DNA of 64,000 nucleotides from Planctomycetota bacterium (lineage in GTDB: Bacteria; Planctomycetota; UBA1135; UBA2386), in assembly GCA_965223545.1 (NCBI GenBank), contig OZ245006.1:7296001-7360000 (forward strand), in the 5' to 3' direction. A model generated the notes under the pieces. That model saw only the letters and a list, made by a program, of their open reading frames with translations. It did no database searches and had not been told where the DNA came from. The translations under genes were made by a program, and so were the position numbers. Within the stretch, counting starts at the first letter, position 1. The number at the start of each line of letters is the position of its first letter. This document shows, in pieces, positions 33,701 to 40,942 of the stretch.

Positions 33701-34849
33701 AACGACGATGGAATGGTGGTTCCGGTAGATGGCAACGAGTTCGCGCTCAGCTTCTTCCGTCGTGACGATGGGAATGAAGGGCGACGACGATGGCGCGAGG
33801 GTGCGAAGCGTTTCCGGGGACTCGAAGACGGCAGCCAGGTGCTTGGAGTTCGACCCAGCGTCGGTCTGCTCGAACATGCAGGCGAGGAAGGCCAGACCCT
33901 CATCTCGCGAGTCCGTCGCGACGACAAGCGGACGGTCGCTCGCCTTCTCAAGCCATGTCGTGAACGGCTTCTTGTAGGCCGCGATTGACGGCGCGAAGAC
34001 CTCCGGCGTCATGCGCGGTTCGCTGCCGGAGGCCCAGCGCTCCCAGCATCGGTCTAGGGTCTCGTGGCCAGAGGTCGGCATGCCGAGCTTCTCGGCTAGC
34101 CATATCTGCGCGGGAATTGACTCCTCAAGCCATTGCTCAAGATCGTTGGCGTCGAAGACGCTGATGTCCTCCCATTCGTTCTGGGCGGTCTTCTTCTTGA
34201 GCCACGACTCCTTGCCTGGCCAGTGACGGGGTGTCACGAAGACGAACGTCGCGTTTGCGCGCTGTGCGGCGGGCACTGATCTGACGCGCGCCGTGTAGTC
34301 CTTGTTCGCCTTGGCCTGTGCGTCGCCGCTGACGCCGAACTCCCAGAACGACTTTCCGGCGGGAACCCATGGCGTGGCAGAATCCGCTTCGACGAGCCCG
34401 TCAGACCCCTTGCGCTCGGCGTTGTCGAAACCGGGAAAGTCGACGCAGCGCAGGTCATGAGCCGTTGAGTGGATCAGTCGCCGCAGAAGTACGGGCAGAA
34501 GCTGGCGGGCATCAAGATGGTCAGCCCATGCTTCGATCTGGCGGGCCTTGATACTGAGGAAGTTCGGCACGTAGCGGCGCACTGCCAGTGACTTCTCGGC
34601 GTCGCGCTGCTTTACCCGATGGGTGGCGGCCTGCATGTCGAGCAGCGTCTGCCGGTCCGCGCCGAAGCACTTCTCAAGGCGCGCCGCCATGTCCGGCGAC
34701 AGCGCGGCGTTGCTGTTGAGCAGGTTGGATAGGGCCGGGCGCCCGACACCAAGGCGGCTCGCCGCTTCCTTGACGGACATCCCGGTGGGGATCACGTGTT
34801 GCCGGATGTATTCGCCCACTCGAACGGCCTGGTTGGGATCCTGCCTCAT
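30770..34849 (-). CDS. 1359-aa protein: HigA/XRE HTH + putative PD-(D/E)xK nuclease-like domain + long helical region
   Basis: SVKEAASRLGVGRPALSNLLN...LSPDMAARLE HigA-like HTH; GSDGLV...WEFG motif; start taken at ATG 34849. Confidence 0.8.
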   Translation of the reverse strand: MRQDPNQAVRVGEYIRQHVIPTGMSVKEAASRLGVGRPALSNLLNSNAALSPDMAARLEKCFGADRQTLLDMQAATHRVKQRDAEKSLAVRRYVPNFLSIKARQIEAWADHLDARQLLPVLLRRLIHSTAHDLRCVDFPGFDNAERKGSDGLVEADSATPWVPAGKSFWEFGVSGDAQAKANKDYTARVRSVPAAQRANATFVFVTPRHWPGKESWLKKKTAQNEWEDISVFDANDLEQWLEESIPAQIWLAEKLGMPTSGHETLDRCWERWASGSEPRMTPEVFAPSIAAYKKPFTTWLEKASDRPLVVATDSRDEGLAFLACMFEQTDAGSNSKHLAAVFESPETLRTLAPSSSPFIPIVTTEEAERELVAIYRNHHSIVVRPRNAVDSEPDIALDLLRHDAFEKALGAMKITGDAVDRLARESGMSPTILRRRLSRVDAIKSPAWATDTGTARTLIPLMLIGAWNAKAKADTEVLSVLASRPYENIEVDVARLLRFDDPPVWSGGNYRGVASKIDLIFAVSKVVTEKDLDEFFMLAEYVLSEEDPALELPEDDRWAASIYSKVRDHSAALREGVCETLVILSVHGNNLFKERLGVDVNAHVGALIERLLTPLTLDRLMSNQRDLPRYAEAAPDTFLDVIEADLNTVEPVVLGLLKPASTGVFGSCPRTGLLWALECLGWKPQNLARVTAVLAQLSRTTINDNWVNKPIRSLDAIFRSWMPQTAASLEERGKALELLVKRFPDIAWQICIEQFSPNSRMGNYSYRPRWRGDASGAGQPFRTRREVYEFVRKSVDLALAWSSHDENTLGDLVERLDGIAKEDRTTLWKLIEGWAADTKTTDRAKAALRERVRRYALTRVGRRRVEDPTTRNRARDIYTLLEPSDPVIRHGWLFARQWVEESADELEDEELDFTAREERVHALRLNALAEIWSQQGFDGITALLSESEAEPTVGQYAALCVTEPAARIEFVRRCLDVHGDLEPKAEACISGFLWTVDAEPRRALLRTAADTLDAEQRVRLLKSSPFERATWLIVDEYGEEFGNRYWKAVPPQWGRRHSESDLNELVDRLLNVERPRAAFHAAHMDWVRLETSRIKRLLTDVSSVSTEPQGAYQLDAHDISQALEALDGRAGVTVNDMAQMEFRFASALDRSEHGIPNLERQIADSPLLYMQAMALLWKRSDDGQDPPEWQIEDPEQCRAVGSAMRRVIDQIKRIPGTNPDGKIVTGDLADWLEQVRELATLYGRAEITDQCIGQLLAKAPSDDSDTWPCAPVCEAMEHIASPEIARGFNIGVRNSRGVHWRGEGGAQERDLAAKYRDWSQKLAFEYPYVARALEDIAASYDHEAEWQDSEAKVSKRLRH

Positions 34850-35049
34850 CCGCGTAGTGTAGCGTGTCACGCGACACGAGACAGCCGAGCTGTCGTGGAA
34901 TTGGTGGGGGTGTCGCAGGAGTCGGCCGTCGCGCCGATGCCTTGGTATCGTTTCTAAGTCGCTGTCATGTGACGACATCGCCGCGTCCGGGCCGCCGGTC
35001 ACGACCCCGCTGCGGGTGGCTACGTGCGGCGTAGCGCCGAGCACATTGT

Positions 35050-35428
35050 TACGGTCTGCCGATCGACCGCGGGGAAGGGAGCGTGTCAGCGCCGCCTGCG
35101 CCTGCCAGTCGGCCTGACGCGTCAGTTCTCGTAGCTGCTTGTCCCCGAGTTCGAGATCGCCGCACAGGATCGCCTCCTGGATGTTGGGGGAGAGTAGAAC
35201 CAGGCCCATCAGGTGGGTGACGCGCGGTTGGCTGACGCCCAGCATTCGTGCGGCCTGCGAGTAGTCTGATACGAGGCCTCGATCGATCAGGCGGGCGAGG
35301 TGGTGTGCCAGGGCGAGGTTTCGTGCCGCGGGGGTGGCCGTGCCCAGTGAGGGGGCGGCCACACGGGTCTTCTTCTCTTTCTTGGGCGTAGGTGCTCGAT
35401 CGACCTGGAATCGCGCCTTGAGTTTCAC
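35050..35428 (-). CDS. Small HTH protein typical of the gene after large serine recombinases; reads through in frame into the HigA fusion
   Basis: GTG overlaps recombinase TGA; ALAHHLARLIDRG...AARMLGVSQPRVTHLMGLVLLSPNIQEAIL; no stop before 34849, so end approximate. Confidence 0.7.
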
Positions 35429-36300
35429 GTGCTCGCCTCTTGTGCCTTGTCGTTCAGGGTTTCGATGCCCGATGCGCGCAGCTGCAGTTCGACATCGCAG
35501 GTGTCCGGCTGGTAGACGACGTGCTCGACAAGGAGGCGAAGTAGCCGCTCCTTCTCGCGCGGGAACAGCTCGTTCCACGTCTCGGTGAACGAGCCGAGCG
35601 CGCTGCGCACGGCCGCCTCGTCGGCGCCGTCGTCGAGGTCACGGAGCGACAGGCCGACGCGTTCGAGTTCGCCGTTGGTCTCGACGAGTTGCCTGTCGAG
35701 ATCGGAGATCCGCTCGCCAACTCGTGCTGTTGAGTTCTCCGCGGCGGTCGCGAGCAGCTCTCGGCGTGCAGCAGAGAGTTGGTCGCGCTGCTTCGTCAGC
35801 CGGTCGTGCCCCTGCGTTAGGCGCCGTCGTTCTTCGCGTGCTGCCTCCTGCATCGCCTCGGCCGTAGCGGCACGAGGTTCTCGTCCCGGCCTATCCCGCG
35901 CAGCCGGTCGGCCACGAACTGCTCGAACTGTCCGGCGGGCACGCGAGCATCTGGGCAGGCGTCTCGCCCTTCCGTGTGCGCCTTGTTGCAGACGTAGTAG
36001 CGGTAGCGTTTGGACGTCTTGTCCTTGCGGCTGCGCTTCGTGCTGAAGGTGTGAATCATTGGCGAGCCGCAGCGGCCGCATGCCACGAGACCTCGGAGGA
36101 TTGCGCCGGTCTTGTTCCTCGTGCTTGCGCCACCGCTGGTTCGATTCGCGGCTTGCCAGAGGGCCTCGTCGACGATCGGGTCGTGTTGCCCGTCGACCAC
36201 GTCCTCGCCGCAGCGCAGTTGCCCCCGGTAGATCACGTTGGTCAGCAGCGCGTGCAGCGTCGCTTTCGAGAATGGTCTGCCGCCGGACGTGCGATCGTCC
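35425..36300 (-). pseudogene. Large serine recombinase, C-terminal half only, frameshifted near 35875
   Basis: LLTNVIYRG...GQHDPIVD, zinc ribbon CGRCG...YRYYVC, coiled coil, WNELFPREKERLLRLLVE; catalytic N-terminus missing. Confidence 0.85.
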
Positions 36301-36304
36301 TTGG

Positions 36305-36387
36305 TCGAAGAGATCTTCGTAGCGTGTCGCCAGTTCGGCCGCGGAGAGCGTTTCGAGTTCCTGGACTTGTTGTGTGATGGAGGTCAC
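36305..36387 (-). pseudogene. DUF2924-like N-terminal fragment
   Basis: VTSITQQVQELETLSAAELATRYEDLF then abrupt junction with mid-recombinase sequence. Confidence 0.6.
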
Positions 36388-36542
36388 GAGCGACCTCCAC
36401 ATGGAGCCTCAGCTTGGGGCGGCTCTGCAAGGCGATTCTCAGAGCAAAGCCAGCGCAGGCAACCGATCGCGAGGATCCTGGCTAGTTCGGCGGTCCGTTC
36501 CTTGGCGGTCATCGTCGATGGGTCACGGTCGGTGCGAATCAT
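36384..36542 (-). CDS. Small 52-aa protein preceding DUF2924
   Basis: MIRTDRDPSTMTAKERTAELARILAIG...; 4-bp start/stop overlaps with both neighbours; below the ORF-track length cutoff. Confidence 0.65.
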   Translation of the reverse strand: MIRTDRDPSTMTAKERTAELARILAIGCLRWLCSENRLAEPPQAEAPCGGRS

Positions 36543-37060
36543 CGGTCAAGGCCCTCCTGAATCCGACGAAGGCGGTTCTGAGGGCCCCGAACAACGTCTT
36601 CGTTCACCTCGTCGGGTAGCGATACGTATCCGCCGCGCTCCGCGTAGAGGGCGAGCTGGTGCGTGGTCTCTTCGACCGCGATCTGCCATGCCTTGGACCC
36701 GATCTTCGGTATACCTGGGGCAGGGCGGTAGGCGTGCTGGAGCATGATCTCGGCGGCCTTCCCGACTTCGCCGAGATTGCAGTAGTCGCCGAGGCCCAAC
36801 GCTGCGCAGCGCTCCTGCCCCATGCGCAATAGAGTGCGGAAAGTCTCGCGCGCCTCCGGAAGCGCATGGCTGGGGTCCGGTAGCTCACCACCGTCTTTGA
36901 TCAGTTTGGTGGCTTCCCACGCGACCCAACCTGTCGCCATGAGCCACGGCGTGGTGTTGGGCTCAGGCAGCCCCGGTTCCCAGTCGCGTTCGTGGTGAAG
37001 CGCCATCACCCGGTGGGCAAAGTGCCACGCTTCTCGAGGGAGGGGCGGTTGTTCACACAT
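36539..37060 (-). CDS. Hypothetical protein of the integrative element
   Basis: GGAGG RBS; translationally coupled to both neighbours. Confidence 0.65.
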   Translation of the reverse strand: MCEQPPLPREAWHFAHRVMALHHERDWEPGLPEPNTTPWLMATGWVAWEATKLIKDGGELPDPSHALPEARETFRTLLRMGQERCAALGLGDYCNLGEVGKAAEIMLQHAYRPAPGIPKIGSKAWQIAVEETTHQLALYAERGGYVSLPDEVNEDVVRGPQNRLRRIQEGLDR

Positions 37061-37088
37061 GAGCCAGCTCCTCCCGATCGATCCCTAG

Positions 37089-39077
37089 CCCAACTTCCGC
37101 AGCTCGACGATTTTTGAGGCCAATTCGGAGCCTCGGCGCGGCGCCAGCCCGCTATCCACCGTCGCGGCGGCGCAGATCGGCCGTGTAGTGCCAACCCGCC
37201 CCGTTGATCGGTGTGGCAGGGAGCACGACAACTGTGTGCGAGGCGGCGGACGTGTACCTGCGACGCAAGACGGTCAGAAAGAACGGCAAGACCCACGAGT
37301 ACTGGCTCCTCGTTCGGTCGGTGCGGCACGGTCGTCGAGTGCGGCAGGAGGTGATCGCGCAGCTGGGCAAACTGGATGCGAAGGGGCGACGCCGGGCTCG
37401 TGCGCTGGCAGATCGGATGACCGGTCGCCGAATGCACCCGAGCCTGTTTGAGCCACCGGTGACAGACGACGACCCGGTCGAGTCGATTCGCTTGAAGGAG
37501 GTCAGCCTCGACCGGACACGCCGCTTCGGCGACGTTTTCGTCGGCCTGGCGCTGTGGCACGCACTGAAGTTCGACGACGCACTCTGGGAGCTCATGCCGC
37601 GGGGCCGTGAAGATGTCCCGTGGTCGACGATGGCGGCAGCGATGGTCATCTGTCGGTTGTGCATGCCCTCCAGCGAGCTGCACCTGGCTGAAGTCCTGTA
37701 CCGCCAGACCGCGCTTGACGACCTGCTTGGCCTGCCGGAAGGCAAGGTCAACGACGACCGGCTCTACCGGGCTCTCGACCAGATCCTGCCGCACAAAGAG
37801 GCGCTGGAGCAGCATCTCCGCGCACGGCTCGGCGAGTTGTTCGACGTTCAGTACGACTTGCTGCTCTACGACGTGACCTCGACCTACTTCGAAGGCCTCA
37901 TGCTGGGCAACCCCCAGGCGCAGCGTGGCTACAGCCGAGATCACCGGCCTGACTGCAAACAGGTTTGCATCGCTCTGGTCGTGACCAGACAGGGAATCCC
38001 TCTTGCGCACGAAGTGTTCGACGGCAATCGGACTGACGTCACGACGGTCCGCGAGATCGTCGAGACGATGGAGCGGCGATTCGGTGCTGCTGATCGCATC
38101 TGGGTCATGGACCGCGGAATGGTGAGCAAGCGCAACCTGAAATGGTTGAAGGAGGGAAGGCGACGGTACGTCATCGGCGCATCGCGTTCGGACCTGCGCC
38201 GCTTCGAACAGGAGATCGTCGACCGTCGAGACTGGCGCAGCATTCGTGAGGATGTCGAGGTCAAGCTCTGCCCGAGCGAGGACGGGGAGGAGACGTTCAT
38301 CCTGTGTCGCTCCCAGGCGCGCATCGAGAAGGACGCCGCAATTGTCGCGCGAGCAGCCGAACGCATTCGCGCGAGGCTTGCGTCGCTCGAACGCCGACTG
38401 GCGGCGTCGAAGAAGTCGATCGAACGGGACCGCGTCAATCAACAGATCGGACGCATCTTGGCCCAGAACTCGCGGGCCTCCACGTGCTTCTCGGTTTCGT
38501 TGATCGAAGCCCCGGATCGACCATCGGGGCTTGCCGTGGAGGCTTGTGAGAACACGAACTGGGTGGACCAGAGCGCCGGGTGCTACCTGCTCAGGTCCAA
38601 CGTGACGGGTTGGACAGATGAGGAGCTTTGGCGGACGTACATCCAGCTCACTGATGCTGAGTCCGCGTTTCGGATCCAGAAGTCCGAGCTGTCGATCCGC
38701 CCGGTGTGGCATCAACGCGAGGACCGGGTCAGGGCGCACATCCTCGTCTGCTTCCTCGCCTACGCCTTGTGGAAAACGCTCGAGCTCTGGCAGGAGAAGG
38801 CCGGACTCGGCAACAGCCCGGCCGCCATCCTCGAGGAGCTCCGTCAGGTCCAAAGCGCAGACGTGCTCCTGCCAACTACTGACGGCCGCGAACTCCGGGT
38901 CCGCTGCGTGGTCACCCCCAACGAGGCGCAGGCGCACCTGCTCGACCGGCTCGGCATCCAGCTACCCAGGAGGCTATCCGTCCCCGCGCCACTCCGTTCG
39001 ACCGCGATGTAGTGCCAACCAATCGACGTAAGTCGTTGCTTTTCAACGTGACGACCCGTCGAACTGCGGAAGTTGGG
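37089..39077 (+). mobile_element. IS1634-family insertion sequence
   Basis: IRs CCCAACTTCCGCAGCTCGACG / CGTCGAACTGCGGAAGTTGGG; CTAG on both sides (37085-37088, 39078-39081). Confidence 0.93.
37252..39012 (+). CDS. IS1634-family DDE transposase
   Basis: YDVTSTYFEG, GYSRDHRPDCKQ, VMDRGM, YIQLTDAESAFR, IRPVWHQ. Confidence 0.95.
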   Translation: MYLRRKTVRKNGKTHEYWLLVRSVRHGRRVRQEVIAQLGKLDAKGRRRARALADRMTGRRMHPSLFEPPVTDDDPVESIRLKEVSLDRTRRFGDVFVGLALWHALKFDDALWELMPRGREDVPWSTMAAAMVICRLCMPSSELHLAEVLYRQTALDDLLGLPEGKVNDDRLYRALDQILPHKEALEQHLRARLGELFDVQYDLLLYDVTSTYFEGLMLGNPQAQRGYSRDHRPDCKQVCIALVVTRQGIPLAHEVFDGNRTDVTTVREIVETMERRFGAADRIWVMDRGMVSKRNLKWLKEGRRRYVIGASRSDLRRFEQEIVDRRDWRSIREDVEVKLCPSEDGEETFILCRSQARIEKDAAIVARAAERIRARLASLERRLAASKKSIERDRVNQQIGRILAQNSRASTCFSVSLIEAPDRPSGLAVEACENTNWVDQSAGCYLLRSNVTGWTDEELWRTYIQLTDAESAFRIQKSELSIRPVWHQREDRVRAHILVCFLAYALWKTLELWQEKAGLGNSPAAILEELRQVQSADVLLPTTDGRELRVRCVVTPNEAQAHLLDRLGIQLPRRLSVPAPLRSTAM

Positions 39078-39324
39078 CTAGCCATGCGAAGACGGCCTTT
39101 TCGAACCGAGCGCGGGCTGAATCGTCTACATGCCAGATTCGCTCGGGCAACTTGAGCGAGGTCCGGCCATCGTGCGTTCGGTGGAGGGCGATGCCGTGAA
39201 CGAGGATCCCGCAACCGAACTCGACTGTGAGCAAGCCCTGCAGCCCGCGCGCTTGATCATGAGCGTTCGCGCAGATCATGGCGGCAACGCGCAGGCTCGA
39301 AGCCTCGAGTGAAGGCATGCTCAT
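39078..39324 (-). pseudogene. SpoVG-like small gene interrupted by IS1634
   Basis: ...GILVHGIALHRTHDGRTSLKLP...FAWL continues as GIDREELAHV-stop left of the IS, overlapping ATG 37060. Confidence 0.6.
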
Positions 39325-39910
39325 CTTGGATCTCCTTCCGCCTGGCCCTCTGGCGATTGCTTCGAGCCCAGTAGACCGGCTGGTTCTGCGGGCGGTCGTG
39401 GGGAGGGCAACGGACTGGTTGATGGCGGCGGCATCACCGGTGGGTTGGGAGGGTTTGGTGGGATGATCTCGTCCCGCGCAGATCTGACTCCGATGTCAAT
39501 AGCCTCGCCCGGCGCGGTTCGGAGCGATTGAGCTGAAGGTGTGGTAGCGAGGTCGCGGGGCGACGGTCCAACGGAACCCACCGAACCCACGGGGGCGGAC
39601 TGGTCGGTCGTAGAGACTCGGTCGTGGACGCGGACGACGCGCCATAGGGCTACGCCTTGCCGATCCCCGACCCGTTCGATTCTCAGGCCGCCTTCAGGCC
39701 TGCGCTGGAACTTCGAAAGGTAGTTGCCCAGCCGCTTGGCCTCTGGGTTCCCGCCCCGCCCAGGTACGACCTCCGCGAGAGCAGCCTGCAGGGCCGGGTC
39801 GAAGTCCGCCGCGTCGGGGTTTGCTCGACGGATGACCTCCGCTGCTGTGCGCGTAGCAGGACCAAGCGCGTTCTCCCAAGCAAGTAACAGGACGCGCAGG
39901 ACGCTGAGGT
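39321..39910 (-). pseudogene. C-terminal fragment of a phage/satellite-type primase-helicase
   Basis: TAAEVI...ALAEV...KRLGNYL...GLRIER...ALWRV winged-helix-like tail; TGA overlaps next ATG; 5' part missing. Confidence 0.5.
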
Positions 39911-39953
39911 TTCGAATCGGACATCGTCGTGAGGGCGATGCCGGGCCCGCGCC

Positions 39954-40580
39954 ATGCCTGAGAAGAACACAGAAGTGGGCGATGTCCGAACCGCCGCGCC
40001 CGGCGACGCCGACGCCGCCACGGAGATCGAGACCGACACGGCGACGGTCGAAATCGAGACCAAGGTGACCGGTCGCAACGGCATTTTGCGCATGTGCCGC
40101 AACTGCGCAGTCCACGCGCTGGCGCAATTCATCGGCTACAGCGGCGCGAACATCGTCACGGATCACCTGTCGCCGGAGCCCGCGCCAAGCCAGACCACGC
40201 CCGACGCGCCGTTCGACACACAGGACGAGCAGAACGAACGCGTCGCGCAGTATGAGCACGACGACGCCGAGCCGGCCGTGGTCGCCGCCACAAATGAGGG
40301 GGAGACGGGCGAGGAACCCGGCGCCGCCGCCGAGCGCGAACAAGAGCGCGAAGATGAGCTCGAGAGCGGGCTGGAGGACGAGCTGGACCGTGGTCCGACG
40401 GAAGTGCAAGAGGTCCGCTACCTCGACGACGATGACAAGGAGGTCGATCCCGACCTGATCATCCAGGTGAATCGACGCACCCGGCAGCAGGTGCGGATGG
40501 CGCGGGTGGCCGACGACTCCCCGGTCGATCCCGCCCACCCGGTGTGGGTGCCCCGACCCGTCGCCGAGTCCGGCTGGTAG
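39954..40580 (+). CDS. Acidic hypothetical protein
   Basis: 208-aa ORF with high-GC codon usage, strongly Asp/Glu-rich. Confidence 0.55.
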   Translation: MPEKNTEVGDVRTAAPGDADAATEIETDTATVEIETKVTGRNGILRMCRNCAVHALAQFIGYSGANIVTDHLSPEPAPSQTTPDAPFDTQDEQNERVAQYEHDDAEPAVVAATNEGETGEEPGAAAEREQEREDELESGLEDELDRGPTEVQEVRYLDDDDKEVDPDLIIQVNRRTRQQVRMARVADDSPVDPAHPVWVPRPVAESGW

Positions 40581-40942
40581 CCGGTCCAGCCGAGGTCGCC
40601 GAGCGATGTTGAATCGTCACTCTGCCTTGGCCGATCACGGCACCGCCTGTAGCTCGAGGCGGTGCGCGAGGGCTACGCCAAGGGGAAACCGGTGTTGTTC
40701 GAGCTTCGCCTCGACCTCGACTTCATCCTCCCGCGTGGTGCGATAGCGCCGGTGCTGGGGGGGCGCCGGGGTGGTCTGCGATCGCCGGCGAGTCCTTGCG
40801 ACGACCCACGAGCGGGCCGCAAGAAAGACGAAATTTGCGTCCGCGTCGACACGCCTGGGCACTCTGTTCCGGCGAAGAGCTGCCGCCCTATCAGCGACCG
40901 GGGCGGCTTGTAGCCTTGCCGACCTCGTTCTTTACTGTTTCG

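Larger units (their letters stand above)
22511..40600. mobile_element. Decayed tRNA-fMet-anchored integrative island (right boundary uncertain)
   Basis: Integrase adjacent to tRNA 3' end, visibly more A/T-rich sequence than upstream, four IS-type elements, serine recombinase and primase remnants. Confidence 0.75.

Noticed and set aside
34600..34849. Classical HigBA toxin-antitoxin pair
   Set aside because: No adjacent HigB/RelE-like toxin ORF; the HTH is fused to a much larger protein
30770..35578. The 1602-aa ORF as a single gene
   Set aside because: Its start lies inside the recombinase remnant; better explained as an HTH gene (35428) plus the HigA fusion (34849)
39321..40538. 405-aa minus-strand ORF as a full gene
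   Set aside because: The N-terminal half is the antisense of 39954-40580; only the 3' part looks like a primase tail
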